64,000 nucleotides of DNA from the human T2T-CHM13v2.0 reference genome, Homo sapiens (GCA_009914755.4 CP086569.2:23072001-23136000), one strand, 5' to 3'; positions 1-19,100 are shown, counted from the first letter of the stretch. Notes: generated from the letters alone by a model not told the origin. Program-made: numbers and translations.

Positions 1-3000
1 CTGCACACCTGCTTTAATACGGAAAAATTTGGAAGTTAATACAAATATTAACTCCTATCATTATAGACATGACATCTGAAGACACTTTCCAATATTCCAT
101 GAATATGTGTAATTCATATCTCAGTACAGTCTCCCACATGTCAATGTAATCTTAGTAGCAGTGGATCATTTACAGAAGGCAATTTTGCCACAGTGGTCAA
201 ATATTTTTGTTAAATACTGCTATTTTAGAGTTATCGATAGCATTAACTGACACACAGTGTAAGCTAGAACCATGTTTCTAAAGAAAATGTTCAGAAATAG
301 GTTTCTTACTTTTTGCTAAATTGCTAACAGGTTAATTACTCCTGTGAAGTGCTAGATAGTTGGAGTAGCATTTACCAAGAAAGAGAAAGAAGACGGGGCA
401 TATGACTTGAGAAGGTGGGAGTGAGGAAAAGATAAGGTATTTATTCCAGACTCCTTATTTGGAGTTCTTTGTTTGATTCTTTTCTTTTTGTTGCTGTTGT
501 TATTGTCTTACTTTATGTTATGTGTCAGACCAGAGTTTCACAAACATCCCCAAATAATTACATGGGTCATAAAAATATATCCAGATACTTCTCATTATTT
601 TCCATCAAAATCCTGGTTCAATAATTTGAAATAAGACCTGGAGAACCAACAATTCTCACGAGTATGCTAAGTGATTGTTACCAAAATGACAATTGTGAAA
701 TATTTAGAAAACCAGGGAGGAGGTAGGTAATCAACATTTAATAATTGGTTCTTGCTGTAAGGGTAAAGGATTTTATTGAAATGACTATTTAAATTCAAGT
801 TTTATGAAAAAAATAGAATGGAGCACTTTAGTGCTTTCTAATAAGCATCTGTAAAGTATGTTTTGCTAAACTGGCAAAATTATTTTTTCATTAGAGGTTA
901 GCATTATGGCCACAAATGACTTCTGAAATAGCTTTTTGAAAATATTCAGATCATAAATTATAAAAATTATCTTGGGGGTTTATAAAATTCCAGAAATTCA
1001 CTAAGAAAAATATACATAAAAACACCAGTATCCAAAAAAATCAAAATAACACTTACAAATAGACAAGAAAATATAAAGACAATCTAGCCGAGTAAAAGAA
1101 AGCAGGACAGGTAAATGGATACATTTTAGAAAAGAGAAATGTCAAATGACCAGTGAAAAATGGCTAGATGCTTGAGCTCATTAGTAATCCAGGGATATAA
1201 ATCAAAACCACATTATGTTCCAACTTTTGTTCATTAGCTTGGCAACTATTAAATTAATAATACCGAGTGTAGTCAAAGGTGTAAGGAATGGTAATTTGGT
1301 TCCATCAATCACAGGACTATCTAATGATATTTAGTAAAATTAGAGTGACTAAAACTTTTGTTGTTCCAGTGGAAACTTTTTTTAGAATAAAGAGTAGTAA
1401 CATATACAAAATTATTTACTATTTATTACATTTTTCCTTACAGTCAATTTTTTTATTGTATTGATGGATCTATGAAATAGTTATCTTCCAACTGTTTTTG
1501 AAAATGAAATCCCTTCAAAAATTGAAAACCACAAATACATATCTTGAAGCAAAATAGAAAAATAACTTATTTACATTTATTATTTAAATATTAAAAACAG
1601 TAGGCAGAATAATTATACTAGAACATATTTATATGAATTAATCTTTTTCTTAAAATAATTATCTGTAGTTCTTTTCTGGAAAATGCATTTGTTTTAGTAT
1701 TATGTTGATTTTTAAATAAAGTTACTTGTCATCTTTTGCAAAGTTGCTGCTTCTTGTCATCAATAAAAGTTATCAACAATGTTTAGCTTTTCAAGTGAAC
1801 TTTAAAAAAAATTTATCATACTGTTCAATTTTTTTTCTGGCACAATAATATTTCCACAGCTTTATTTTGGTCCCAATGATTGATTAAAAATTCAAACCGC
1901 TTTTTAATCCAACTTTCTGTTTGAAACATCTAAATGGCATTGTTCAACTCTTGGAATTTCTTCTGTAGCTTATGGAGCTTACATACTAACAATTGCTGAT
2001 GCATATTTCTTAAGTGCAGAAAAATTAGAATTTAAAATGTACACAATTGATTTTAAAAAATAGTAATTTGATGTAAATAAAAAGCCAGGCATCTCAGAAT
2101 TATATGCTTAATTTTTCCAAATTCACATATTAATGTCATCTTCAGGCATAGTTTTCTTAATGTAACTAAGTATTACCTTCTGAAATAGCAGCTGATTTTT
2201 CCCCTCAGCCTTCTGTATTCTGGATTTCAGGATATCACTTTTAGCCTTATGGTGCCAACATGGACTACAAGGCTCTATGATGACACCATGTATTTATTGG
2301 CACTTTTAAACCCATAATTTGATTGAAAGGGAAGTTGAGGAGTTTTTGATTAAATATCTACTTGCATTTTTAGGTCATTGCTGCTGAAACAGATTTTTTT
2401 AAAAATAGTCATTAGCAAGCAACCCATAAATAAATAGTTGTAGGTATGTGAAAGATGACAAAACCACTGTGGCCAGACAAATTAACTATGCTTTGTATGC
2501 TAAGCTTCTATTTCCAACACATAATTTACATATATGTAGCCTATTATTTCCTTCATTTTCCCCAAACCCACCATATGATGGTCTGGCAGTGTCATTTGAG
2601 TGAGCCACATAGAAAAAAATATATGTCAAATACTTCTTCCATCACCAGGCAAGACTGGAAGAAGCTAGCCATTCCTAACCAATACTGACTCAATGCATAC
2701 TGATTTATTATCAAACACTCTGCTGCATGCTGTCCTTGAAAATGAAGCATTATCTATATTTTGTATAAACTGTGTTAGGAAAATAAAGTTGATTTTCAGA
2801 CTTGTCCCCCTACTCAAGTCATCATTCTGTTAATATTTTATTTTCCTCACATACTGATAGAGCCCTGAGAATAGCTGTAATTGTTAAACAAAATGAACAT
2901 TTAACAAACACATGCTGGTTCTAATCAATGTAACTTATAATAATACTTCATTAAAAATGAAAAATCTAAGACATATGCTAAGCCGATTAGCATGGATGAA

Positions 3001-3894
3001 CAAGAGTAATTAAGCGGTAGCCCTGGGACTAATGAGAATATTTTATCCCCTCACAGTTAAAACTGTATGCACAATGCAGTCCAGCCATTCTTCTAGTATT
3101 TTCATTATAAACTCTCACACATGTGTACCCAGAGGCATAGGGGAGGTTTTTCACTGTAGCATTCCAATAAACACAACATGGAACATGATGGAATTCAGTA
3201 GACTGAGAACTATGCCATCAATAATGGCAGCTCTCAACAAGAATATTAACAAGAAAATGTGAAATGATACCACAGCTTATAATATTCACATAAACATTAG
3301 AAATGCAAAAAAACACCAGTATTGTTTAGAAATAAAGATTTTAATAAATTTATAAAAAAATGCAAAGGTAATACCACGTTCATGATTATGGTGCCCCTGG
3401 TAATGGAGTAAAGCAAATGAACCTGATGGGGTGTATTCCAATTGCAACTAGTGGTAATGTAAATAGAACAAGGAATGCATTAATAGCGGTTATTTTTAAG
3501 TGGGGTAAAAATGGTATTTATTATGTTATTTTGTATTTATATATATATTTTAATTTTACTGGAAAACAAAATAATTTTATAATGAACAATATTCCATACA
3601 AATTGGAATCACCTTATGAAGTAATTGCTTTAAAATTTCCCTGTGCCCATTGCCACTTTCAAGGACTTAAAAAATTAAAAATTGGAGAATGTGGTATCTT
3701 TAAAAAATATATATTTTACATTTATAAGTATGAAATAAAATGTATTACCAGCACATCACATTTGTTGACTTGTTATCCATGTAAAATCACGTAGCAGAAG
3801 AAGAAAGAATGACATAGGCAGAATTTGACCTATGTGTAGAGGAAATAATTGTATGTTTATTTAAAATATCGTCTTAAGACATAAAAGTGTCCAA

Positions 3895-4298
3895 GAAACA
3901 TAACAAAAGTGCTCAACATCACTGATCATCAGAGAAATGCAAATCAAAATCAAAACAAGATATCATCTCATATCAGTCAGAATGACTGTTATTATTAAAA
4001 CACCAAAATAAAAAAATAACCAAGGTAGGCAAGGCTGCAGAGGAAAAAAAAATACTTATACACTGGTGGAGAGAATGTTCAGCCACTGTGGAAAGCAGTT
4101 TGGGGATTTCTAAAAGAACTAACAATTGAACTACCATTCCACCCAGCAATGCTCTTACTGTGTATATGCTCAAACGAAAATAAATCACGAAAGCTACCAA
4201 AAAGACACAAGAATTATCATATTCATCACCATAGCAAAGACATGGAATCAACCTAGGAGCACATCCATGGAGGATGGGATAAAGAAATTGTGGTACAA
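3895..4298 (+). mobile_element. Older L1 (L1PA-old/L1PB-like) ORF2-3' fragment, left part. Split by the young L1 insertion.
   Basis: Contains L1 ORF2 C-terminal motifs (IREMQIK..., EDVEKLEPL-like). It continues at 10427 after the young L1. Confidence 0.7.
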
Positions 4299-5205
4299 GG
4301 GGGAGGAGCCAAGATGGCCGAATAGGAACAGTTCCGGTCTACAGCTCCCAGCGTGAGCGATGCAGAAGACGGGTGATTTCTGCATTTCCATCTGAGGTAC
4401 TGGGTTCATCTCACTAGGGAGTGCCAGACAGTGGGCGCAGGTCAGTGGGTGCGCGCACCATGTGCGAGCCGAAGCAGGGCGAGGCATTGCCTCACTTGGG
4501 AAGCGCAAGGGGTCAGGGAGTTCCCTTTCTGAGTCAAAGAAAGAGGTGATGGACGGCACCTGGAAAATCGGGTCACTCCCACCCAAATACTGTGCTTTTC
4601 CGACGGGTTTAAAAAACGGCGCACCACAAGATTATATCCCGCACCTGGCTCGGAGGGTCCTGTGCCCACGGAGTCTCGCTGATTGCTAGCACAGCAGTCT
4701 GAGATCAAACTGCATGGCGGCAGCGAGGCTGGGGGAGGGGCGCCCGCCATTGCCCAGGCTTGCTTAGGTAAACAAAGCAGCCGGGAAGCTCGAACTGGGT
4801 GGAGCCCACCACAGCTCGAGGAGGCCTGCCTGCCTCTGTAGGCTCCACCTCTGGGGGCAGGGCACAGACAAACAAAAAGACAGCACTAACCTCTGCAGAC
4901 TTAAATGTCCCTCTCTGACAGCTTTGAAGAGAGCAGTGGTTCTCCCAGCACGCAGCTGGAGATCTGAGAACAGGCAGACTGCCTCCTCAAGTGGGTCCCT
5001 GACCCCTGACCCCTGAGCAGCCTAACTGGGAGGCACCCCCCAGCAGGGGCACACTGACACCTCACATGGCAGGGTACTCCAACAGACCTGCAGCTGAGGG
5101 TCCTCTCTGTTAGAAGGAAAACTAACAAACAGAAAGGACATCCACACCAAAAACCCATCTGTACATCACCATCATCAAAGACCAAAAGTAGATAAAACCA
5201 CAAAG

Positions 5206-6222
5206 ATGGGGAAAAAACAGAACAGAAAAACTGGAAACTCTAAAACGCAGAGCGCCTCTCCTCCTCCAAAGGAACGCAGTTCCTCACCAGCAACAGAACA
5301 AAGCTGGATGGAGAATGACTTTGACGAGCTGAGAGAAGAAGGCTTCAGACGATCAAATTACTCTGAGCTACGGGAGGACATTCAAACCAAAGGCAAAGAA
5401 GTTGAAAACTTTGAAAAAAATTTAGAAGAATGTATAACTAGAATAACCAATACAGAGAAGTGCTTAAAGGAGCTGATGGAGCTGAAAACCAAGGTTCGAG
5501 AACTATGTGAAGAATGCAGAAGCCTCAGGAGCCAATGCGATCAACTGGAAGAAAGGATATCAGTGATGGAAGATGAAATGAATGAAATGAAGCGAGAAGG
5601 GAAGTTTAGAGAAAAAACAATAAAAAGAAATGAGCAAAGCCTTCACGAAATATGGTACTATGTGAAAAGACCAAATCTACGTCTGATTGGTGTACCTGAA
5701 AGTGATGGGGAGAATGGAACCAAGTTGGAAAACACTCTGCAGGATATTATCCAGGAGAACTTCCCCAATCTAGCAAGGCAGGCCAACGTTCAGATTCAGG
5801 AAATACAGAGGACACCACAAAGATACTCCTCGAGAAGAGCAACTCCAAGACACATAATTGTCAGATTCACCAAAGTTGAAATGAAGGAAAAAATGTTAAG
5901 GGCAGCCAGAGAGAAAGGTCCGGTTACCCTCAAAGGGAAGCCCATCAGACTAACAGTGGATCTCTCGGCAGAAACTCTACAAGCCAGAAGAGAGTGGGGG
6001 CCAATATTCAACATTCTTAAAGAAAAGAATTTTCAACCCAGAATTTCATATCCAGCCAAACTAAGCTTCATAAGTGAAGGAGCAATAAAATACTTGACAG
6101 AGATGCAAATGCTGAGACATTTTGTCACCACCAGGCCTGCCTTACAAGAGCTCCTGAAGGAAGCACTAAACATGGAAAGGAACAACTGGTACCAGCTGCT
6201 GCAAAATCATGCCAAAATGTAA
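5206..6222 (+). CDS. L1 ORF1p (338 aa). Open, with no stops.
   Basis: An ORF of this size is listed in the supplied track. From memory it is ~94% identical to L1HS ORF1p (MGKKQNRKTGNSKTQSASPPPKERSSSPATEQSWMEND...). Confidence 0.9.
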   Translation: MGKKQNRKTGNSKTQSASPPPKERSSSPATEQSWMENDFDELREEGFRRSNYSELREDIQTKGKEVENFEKNLEECITRITNTEKCLKELMELKTKVRELCEECRSLRSQCDQLEERISVMEDEMNEMKREGKFREKTIKRNEQSLHEIWYYVKRPNLRLIGVPESDGENGTKLENTLQDIIQENFPNLARQANVQIQEIQRTPQRYSSRRATPRHIIVRFTKVEMKEKMLRAAREKGPVTLKGKPIRLTVDLSAETLQARREWGPIFNILKEKNFQPRISYPAKLSFISEGAIKYLTEMQMLRHFVTTRPALQELLKEALNMERNNWYQLLQNHAKM

Positions 6223-6396
6223 AGACCATCAAGACTAGGAAGAAACTGCATCAACTAACGAGCAAAATAACCAGCTAACATCATAATGACAGGATGAAAT
6301 TCACACATAACAATATTAACTTTAAATGTAAATGGACTAAATGCTCCAATTAAAAGACACAGACTGGCAAATTGGATAAAGAGTCAAGACCCATCA

Positions 6397-10113
<3,717 letters not shown>

Positions 10114-10426
10114 ACAATGAGATCACATGGACACAGGAAGGGGAATATCACACTCTGGGGACTGTTGTGGGGTGGTGGGAGGGGGAAGGGATAGCATCGG
10201 GAGACATACCTAATGCTAGATGACGAGTTAGTGGGTGCAGCGCATCAGCATGGCACATGTAGACATATGTAACTAACCTGCACAATGTGCACATGTACCC
10301 TAAAACTTAAAGTATAATAAAATAAAGACAAAAAATAAAATAAAATAAAATAAAATAAAATAAAATAAAATAAAATAAAATAAAATAAAATAACTAAAAA
10401 AAAAAAAAAAAGAAATTTTGGTACAT

Positions 10427-10810
10427 ATGAACCTGGAATAGAGTACAGCCAAAAAAGGAACAAAATCATGTCCTTTGCAACAATGTGGATGCAGCTGGAG
10501 GTCATTAACCTGAACATATTAATGCAGAAACAGAAAATCAAATATTGAATATTCTCATAAATAGGAGCTAAAACTTGGGTGCACATAGAAATAAAGATGA
10601 GAACAATAGACACTGGAGTCTTCAATGGAGGGACAGAAGCAGAGGGTCAGGGGCTGTAAACCTTCCTATTGGGTACTAGGTTCACTATCTGGGTGATGGA
10701 ATCAATAGAAGTCTAAACGTCAGCATCATGCAATAGACCTTTGTAACAAGCCTGCACATGTACTCTCTGAATCTATAATAAAAATGGAAATAAAAAATAA
10801 AATTAAAATA
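10427..10810 (+). mobile_element. Older L1 3' fragment, right part. Continuation of 3895-4298.
   Basis: The sequence resumes ...GGTACATATGAACCTGGAATAGAGTACAGCC (L1 ORF2 end and 3'UTR). It is mirrored in arm 2 at 62705-63100. Confidence 0.7.
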
Positions 10811-13459
10811 TTATTAAAGGAAATGATAAATTACATTTTAGAATTGACATGATTGCAGTCATACATGGTTGAAACATGATGGTAAAATCTATATAAGCTT
10901 TATGGGAACAGTGAATAGTCTCCTGACTGTCTTTAAAAGTATAAAAGATGGGATAGCTACCTTTATGCAAATTAACTAGACTTCAGTTGCACTAATTAAG
11001 AGAGCAACAGCTGAGTCAATTAAACGATGATAGCCAAGTTGTAAGTGATGTCGAAATTCTACCTTATTATATATTGACTTAGGAAATCATATCCCAACTT
11101 TTCTTCTATTTTGAGAAACATCACTTTACTAATATATAGAACAAAGATTGATTTTGCAGATTTGCATGGTTTCAGTAGAGCATATTTCATCTTCAAATAT
11201 GATAAGCACTTCCCAATCCATAAAACACTGTTAGAAAAAAACTCTCAATCAGGCTGGACACACATTTCAAAGAGCCTGTGAGTTTGCAAATCACGTATGC
11301 CTCACTCCCATCTTACCATGATAATGCATAGCAATTACATAGTGTTTCTTAGCTTGAAAGAGCCTAGGAACTTTAATTAATCCTTAGACTACCCAGTGAG
11401 AGAGTGATGAGAAATCCCTTGAAGAGATCATTTAACTATATAATTCACACTTACTTAAATGTAATTCAGCTTGTATGTCATGTTGTGTTTTCCTAGCTTT
11501 CTATTTCAATCTTCAGAGAAATAATATTTATCTGTGAATATATGATGCATAGGCATCTATTATGAATAAAACTGTATAGACTGCACTCTGCCACTAAAAG
11601 GTAACAGATACATGTACAGCCAACACATAAAAAACATCTTGTACATTCTGCTGTATTTTCTTTTCTTATTCATTTCATATCTTACTTTCAGTTATTTCAG
11701 AGTGGACTTGTTAGATTTGAATAGGCTAAAACTTATTAAAGAGGAATATACAATTCTCTTATTAATATTTATAATTACTTTAGTTTTTTGGAAATTGTAT
11801 TAAAATTAAATTTCTATAATTATGCTGCATGTAAAAGAATATCACATGTAAATGCTTCACCCAAATGAAAGAATATTTAATATTCAATTTAGAATTCTCT
11901 GTAGTAGGATTTCCTTCTCTTCAGGTAGCTGGCTACTGGGGCCTACCAAAACCAATCTATTTCTGCAGTAAAGGCAAACAATGAGTTACTCAGGAAAGAA
12001 CTCTTTCAGTCTGCAAAGTATAATACATCTTTTCCCTGAGCAGAATAAATTCTTATCCAGTTTTACTGTTCAACTAAAAATTCAATTGAAGTTCATCATT
12101 TTCTTTTTTATTACAAAGAAAATCTGGTTAATTTCTAATTATTTGTACTAAATCTATTCTCTATAACTACCTAAAATTACATAGACATACACACATGCAT
12201 ACAAAAGAAACAGTACAACTGGAAGACCAAATAATCTGTACACGTGATCTGTTTAAAAAAAAAACTTTCTATTCTACAATTTTCATTATAGGTTATAGTT
12301 GTAATTCAATCAATGGCCTATTTTAAATGAGTGTCTAAGACATCACTGGAGAAAGTATGTACAATGCAAGCAACATTTCCCTATGTAGACACTTTATTTG
12401 TAAATATATTTATACTGCAGAGTTAAAATGGTTAACTTTGTTGTCAAAGACTGATAATGGCTAAAGTTTTGTTTCTTAATATATGTATTCGATTTGTTGT
12501 TTGGTATCCTATAAACCTTTTATGCTATATCTAAGACTTAAAATGTATTAAACATTGTATGTTGGTCTTTATTGGAAGTCAGGTGGGGGGAACCCATGCA
12601 GTTGCTGCCTGGAGGATCTTATCTAACAAAAGAAGTCAATAACAGGCAGCTGAGTGGGCAGTGGTCCAGTGCCAGGTTTTTAGCTGAGACATGAATAAGT
12701 TTCTCAGGAATTCTCAGAAATATTTAAGGGATATGAAACTGGTTTACCAATGATCTTTAAAAAAAATCAGCTAAAGAATATCCTATAGTGTCCTGAGGAG
12801 AAAAATGAGCAAGGCAAATAATTTGAGATGGGAAACATACTAGTTGATTGCAGGAGAACAGAAAATCTCAAGCAGCAGTTTCACATGACTAGCAAAAACA
12901 CACCGTTAACGTAGCTGCATAAACTAGAAGTTGATAAGACTCCGAAAAACCAGAGTGTAGGCAAAGCTGGTTAGCAACAAGTGAACCCAACATGGTGTTG
13001 GCTTTGAGCTACGTTTCACCTTGGAGAAAATGGCAAAAAAATATACTGCTACTACCAAGCACCTCTGCTACTACCATGCAGCAGAGCAACTGATCAAAGG
13101 CAGCAATTGTCTAACTATGGCTGGTTCACATGTGAAAACTAGAAATCCCTGTTTGTTTAATTCATATTTACTCTTTCTGTTATATGAAGTAAAAAAAATT
13201 CCTTACTGACACAGTGCTTCATTTTTCTTCCTTATTCTCCACCATTTATTTTCTTCTCACATTAGTTATAGTTTGTAACTTATTTTGTCAAATATATGCT
13301 TTGCGGTAACATTGCAGTATTGCAGAAAACACACTGCATTGGAAACAGACTCATATTGAAACGGGAAAACGTCCCTTATCCCCTGCTGCCAAGAGAGCAA
13401 TGAGGACAGGTTGTGGGGCTCAGATCCCACGCAACATCTAAGGGTGAATGTTTTCAGCT

Positions 13460-14010
13460 TCTGACTCCCCAGTGGGCATGTGTTACAAGGTGATAATTTA
13501 GTTTATCAATCTGTAGGCGGCTTGTGTTAGCTCAATTAGGCACCCTGCCTTACTGCAAAGACAGTGGGCTTTCTGGATCTCAGGGTTTCCTGCCTTGGTG
13601 TACCTGAAAAATTGGCTCACACATGGGCTTGGAGAATAAATGCAAGGTTTCATTGAGTGGAAGTTGTCAGCAGATGAATGGGGAGCCAGAAGGGAGATGG
13701 AGCAGGGAGGTGGTTTTCCCTTGGAGTGGGGCACGGTCAGCGATCTCCTCCCACAGCCCCAAGGAACTCCATGTTCTGCAGTGGATGGCCTGCCACCTCC
13801 ATCCTTGTACTCTTCTTCCTCTGGTGTCTTCTCAAGGTACAGTTGCTGTGTCTTCTTCTGCTGATAGTTCCTCTCAACGTCCAGCTGCTGTGTCTCTACC
13901 TGCTAGGGGCTCGGGGTTTCTTATAGCACAGGATGGGGGTATGGCAGGCCAGGGTGGTCTTGGAAAATGCAACACTTGGGCAAAAAAACCAGAAGTGCAT
14001 GTCCTCACCT
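13460..14010 (-). repeat. LTR-like or unclassified interspersed-repeat segment shared by both arms (arm 2 copy 58380-58940). Family not identified.
   Basis: Begins TGTTACAAGG... The translated ORFs are conserved only because of the arm duplication. I recognise no protein homology. Confidence 0.3.
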
Positions 14011-15284
14011 AGGTCAGTGAGCACAGGCCTCAGGGTGGAACCCTAGCCAAGAACCACACCCTCCTCTACCAGGCATTTACCTGCTCCCCTTCCATATCAA
14101 TATTTTTTTAAATTTAAAACTCCAAAAATGGTACCCAAATCCTTTAGAGAAGACAGTTGGAGAAAATGTCATTAGGAGAGTCGGTCTAGGATTAGGGTCA
14201 CTACATGGAAAATGGAAACACAGAAAGCATATCCTTCAGGCCGTGGAATCACTGCGGAAACATATCCCTTGCTGAGAAGGACAGGGAAACAAACTGGCTT
14301 CTCTCATCTTCTTGTTCTCTAATCTCTGTAGTGTCACCCCTTGACTAAGCTGAATCAGGAAGTAATTTTTTATGAGAGCCTAGGAAACATGCCTCCCAGG
14401 GCCCAGGCCACTCTATTAGATAACAGTGCCAGGGAGAGGTGATTGATGTGTCTGTGGGCATACAAACCCAGTACCTCACACAAAGGTGTATCAGAGACAA
14501 ATATAGTATCAAGGTATCAAGAGAAATTGTCTCAGGAACAATTCATGCATGTATTTGTGAAAAGACCGAAAAGTAAAACAGAGCTTATGAGATAGTTATC
14601 ATGACAAGAAGATAAAGAAAAGCAGGCAAAATTGTAAAGTCAAGGGTATTTACATTTCATTTATAGGATTTTGAAAATCCCTTACAGAATCCTTTTCCCA
14701 ATATCTTCCACTCATGGATTCATAAAAGAAATATTTACTGAGCTAGTATGGTCTAAGAATTGGGCAAATGGCATCATATGCACTGTTAGTACTTCTATCA
14801 TTGATAGAAAGAATGTTTCTTTTTTTCTACAGTGTTTTTCTCCCAAATATTCTTCAGGAAAATTCATAACTGTACAGATGTGATCAATTGTTCCTGCCCT
14901 AAGAAGGTTCCCCAAACCCCTGTAAACCCAGTTAAGAACTTCCTTCCTCTCCAATTAACTTACTAAATTGTATATATTGTAACACTTGTCAGAGTACATT
15001 GCAATTATTGCTCTTCCCTTCATCCTCCAATTAAACTATGAATATTTTACAGGAAAAGTCTATAAACACAATGGCTTGACATTTGTCAATATTTATTGTT
15101 CAAAAGGTTATTAGATATTTATATATAATAATCTAACATATTTATCCTAATTTCTGGAAAACAATATAAACAATGTTAATTGCCCATTCCCCATGAACTG
15201 CTCAACTTTAAAAAATGTCTGTGCTTTTGGAGCAGTTATACAAACTTCCAAAAGACACCTGAAAGAGTTTTTAATTTTTTTTTA

Positions 15285-15560
15285 TTGTTATATTGAATTA
15301 TTTTGTAGAGACAAAGTCTTGCCCCATGGCCCAGGCTGAAGCGCAGTGTGTGATCACAGCTCACTACAACCTTGAACTCCTGAGTAAACAGAACAACAGA
15401 TGTGTGCCATCATGCCCAAATTATTAAATTAATTAATTAGTTACATTTGTGGAGATAAGTCTTTCTATGTTGCATGTGCTGGTCTTGAACTCTGGGCTTC
15501 AAACAATCCTCCCTTCATAGCCTCCTAAAGAGCTGCAATTCCAGGCATAAACCACCAGAC
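15285..15560 (-). mobile_element. Old Alu (antisense) with an internal AT-rich insertion. Sits inside a locally rearranged block of the arms.
   Basis: Alu antisense consensus features. A homolog at 57445-57660 has the same top-strand orientation, even though the surrounding arm sequence is inverted. Confidence 0.7.
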
Positions 15561-15859
15561 CTCAATGAAAAAAATTTAGACTTTAGAATATTGCAATATG
15601 TCAGGTTTAATTTCTTCTTTCAATTTTGCATTTACAGTGGCACTTGAGAATATTTCTTAGAGTGTGATTTCTCATATTTGGTCACCAAATTTTCAAATCT
15701 TTATTCTGTTACTTAAACCCTCATAACTGGTAGTCAAGTCGGCTGACAGTCGAGTACATGGGTGTTTTGTGTTGAGGTTATGAAGACAAATGTAGAGAGA
15801 TATTAAGAACCAAAGACATTTATTTTTTATATATGCTAAAGCTTTATCCTCACAGGTGA

Positions 15860-16183
<324 letters not shown>

Positions 16184-19100
16184 TCATGGCATGGGTAGTT
16201 TTATAAAATACCCTGAAATACATACTTTAGTAACCAGTTCAGCACTTGCAATTTCCCAACTTTGTTTTCATCAGGAGTTAATGATGTATGGCACTTCTAG
16301 TAAGTAAGTGTTTGAATTGCTGTGAGTTATTTTAGTCATTTCTCAGCTAACCACTTAAGTTATCAAAGATCTTTACTTGTGCAATATCATAAATGCTGAA
16401 CATTAAAAATTAGTCAACAGGATTAGCTGCCATCTAATGTGATATTTTTCAGTAAGATAACAGCAGTAATTATGCAAAAAATAATCATTCCCATAGTTTG
16501 AGCCATGATAGCAATTTCTACCTTAGGATTTCACAGTCAGAGTCCAGATCTGGGCAACAGTGATTAACATAGTGGTTACTAATGAGAAGAGATTTTGATA
16601 CATCTAGCTATATAAGATGTCAGTGCCTTGAAGGGACGGTTTTGGCATATTAATTAGAAAGAGTGCATTGGACTGGATACTAAGAAATATATTGCATTAT
16701 TTTTCTTGTCCTCTATAACAGGAAAGGTCAATTAGAGATATAGAAACAATGGAACATTTCACAGCATGGCTTGACATTTCACTGCAGTTTTATTTTTTTT
16801 TACCATGTACAAAGTTCATTAAATATGCAAAGGTAGGACTGTTACAGGATGAAAGTGGTGGAGTCAGAGGTCGTAATCCACAGCAACGTGATAGGCTCTT
16901 GCAGACGGTACCCTGAGTGCTGAATTAGAGTAAGAATCAGCTTTCAGGCTGCCAGCAGGGGACAAGGAGAATGAAGCTATCAGCAGTTAACAATATTGGA
17001 TTAATTGAAATGAATGTTGACAGAGATTTTATTGGCTTTACATCAAATTGACTATAGCACTTCAAATTGATTATTTGATAAGGGTAAACTCTTATCAAAC
17101 TTCCCACATGTAAAATTGAGGATTAATTAAAAGATTACACAACCCATACATATGGTATCTCAATTAAATTTCTATACACATGTGCAAAATTGCAGTATGC
17201 AAATATTTGTCTACATCTAAATATATCCAAATCCATTGATGAACAGCTAGAAATTTAGAAATTATTCTCCCATTTTACCATTCCCTTTCTGAGGATTTTG
17301 TCACAAATATTATTTTTCCATCTGTTTGAATCCTACTCTCTGGAGGCATGTAATGTATGGATACAGTAAAGCCATGAGATATTATGGGGTTTGTATCAGA
17401 GAAAACAATAACACTGGTGTTATAAAAGATCCATTGTGATTATTATAAAAAGTCCCCTTCCTCCTTACTTGTATCAAAGTCTTTTTCATCATGGGGGAAA
17501 TAATGCAACATACTTTGGTAAGTTAAAAAAGTATAAAAGTAAAAATAAATCCCACTGCAGATGGCAGGGGACCTTCTGTGTGTGTCTAGCGAGAGAATGT
17601 GGCTGAGCATTAAGGCCTACCTGAGTATTGGTGTAGACACCCAGTTTCCCTCCTACCAGAGTGAGTGTGGGCACGTTCCAGCCTGCGTGTTTGAGCTGGT
17701 GCATGTGTGTGCACACCTGTGCCTGTGTACCTTTGTGTACCTTGGTTTGGGGAGGGGACCCACATTCCCACCCACAGGTATGACTCAAACTCAGCTCTTG
17801 AGCTGCCAAGCAGGGGTCAGCCGGGTTTGGCAATCCAACTTCAGGACCCATGAAGCCTGAGCCCTAGGGAGACGTGAAGAGTCCTCATTGCTCTCACACA
17901 TGGCAGAGGTAGGAGGAAAAGGGTGGTTGGCGCGAGCTACCTAGAGAAGATGTCATGGACCTCAAATGACATCTGGAGGGAAATGAAACCTAGCAGCTGT
18001 CTTTGTCTTCCTGTGTGTTCAGTCGGTACATTCAGGGAAGAAGCAATGGAACCGGAGGGGCTTTGGGATGCACTGTCTGGGAATCCCTGTGCACCAGAGA
18101 GTTTCCAGCCCATGAGACAGGAGGACAGCATGTGGGCCCAGCAAGGCCTGAGTCTCCAGGGAAGTTGGCATTCTCCCCAAGAGGGCACGGGTCGGTAGGT
18201 GGAGGAGAAACCCAGGCCGCGGGGTCAGGTAGATGGGACACTTATCACTTAGCCAGGTGGGAGCTCAGGAGAATGCCTGGTGAGCAGCGGCCTAATAGGC
18301 CAGTGACACCCAGTTCCAGTACTGCATGTGTGGACACAAAAGCTTTGCCCTGTGCATCCTCTCCAGGGTGCCTCATGTGGGTGGACAGGAAGCAAGGCAC
18401 ACAGCATCCTAAGCTTATGGTCATGAGTGGACACAGAGGGGGTCTCCAGTATCACTAGTCCCAGGAGAGGCAGGCATGCATGATCTCTTCAGCACAGGGT
18501 TAAAATGCATAAGCCCAGCTCTCCACCCAGTGGGTGTCTTGCCCTGATGATGTCAGCCATGGCAGATACAGCTCTTCCACCTAGATTGCAGATCCACAGG
18601 CTTACGACTCCCCCCTGGCATTCTCCAGGAATGGTCCCTGGACACTGGACCAGCCAGTGCCCCACGGGTGTTCTTTCCAGCCTCCAAGCTCACGGGAAGC
18701 TCATTGATGACTCTCCTCCTAGTACATGGCCACACACAGGCACTATCAACAACCCAGGGTCCTTCTACATTCCAGGGTCCTGCCACCGTACCCAGCAGTG
18801 GGATAATGGAAAGGGAAAGAGCTGGAACAGACAGAGCAGAAGCCACAAGCCTCACCCTCCCGCATGGCAAGGGAATGAGGGGATCCTTCCCAGCCCAGGG
18901 AGCTGCTTCCTGAACACACCTGGAAGCCCAGCACCAGCTGAGGGATTCACTCCACCACACCTGGGCATGGGGGATTTCAATGTGTGCCAGAGACCTTGAT
19001 CCTGGTCGCCCTACCAGGTGTACTTCTCCTCCAGGTCACATTATGTTCACACCCTCCTTAAGCCAGATGGACTCCTTGTCCTCACCACTTAGTGTTGGCT

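Noticed and set aside
1-3400. AT-rich left end, with short ORFs at 2455-2688 and 3032-3262.
   Set aside because: No homology or gene structure is recognised. It is probably unique or old-repeat intergenic sequence belonging to arm 1, whose partner lies beyond the right window edge.
10245-10625. 126-aa minus-strand ORF with ILFYFILFYF repeats.
   Set aside because: It is a translation of the (AAAAT)n tail of the L1 and surrounding L1 sequence.
13498-14012. ORFs conserved between 13498-14012 and 58354-58936.
   Set aside because: The conservation is explained by the ~90% nucleotide identity of the arms. The region is LTR-like or repeat-like, and no protein homology is recognised.
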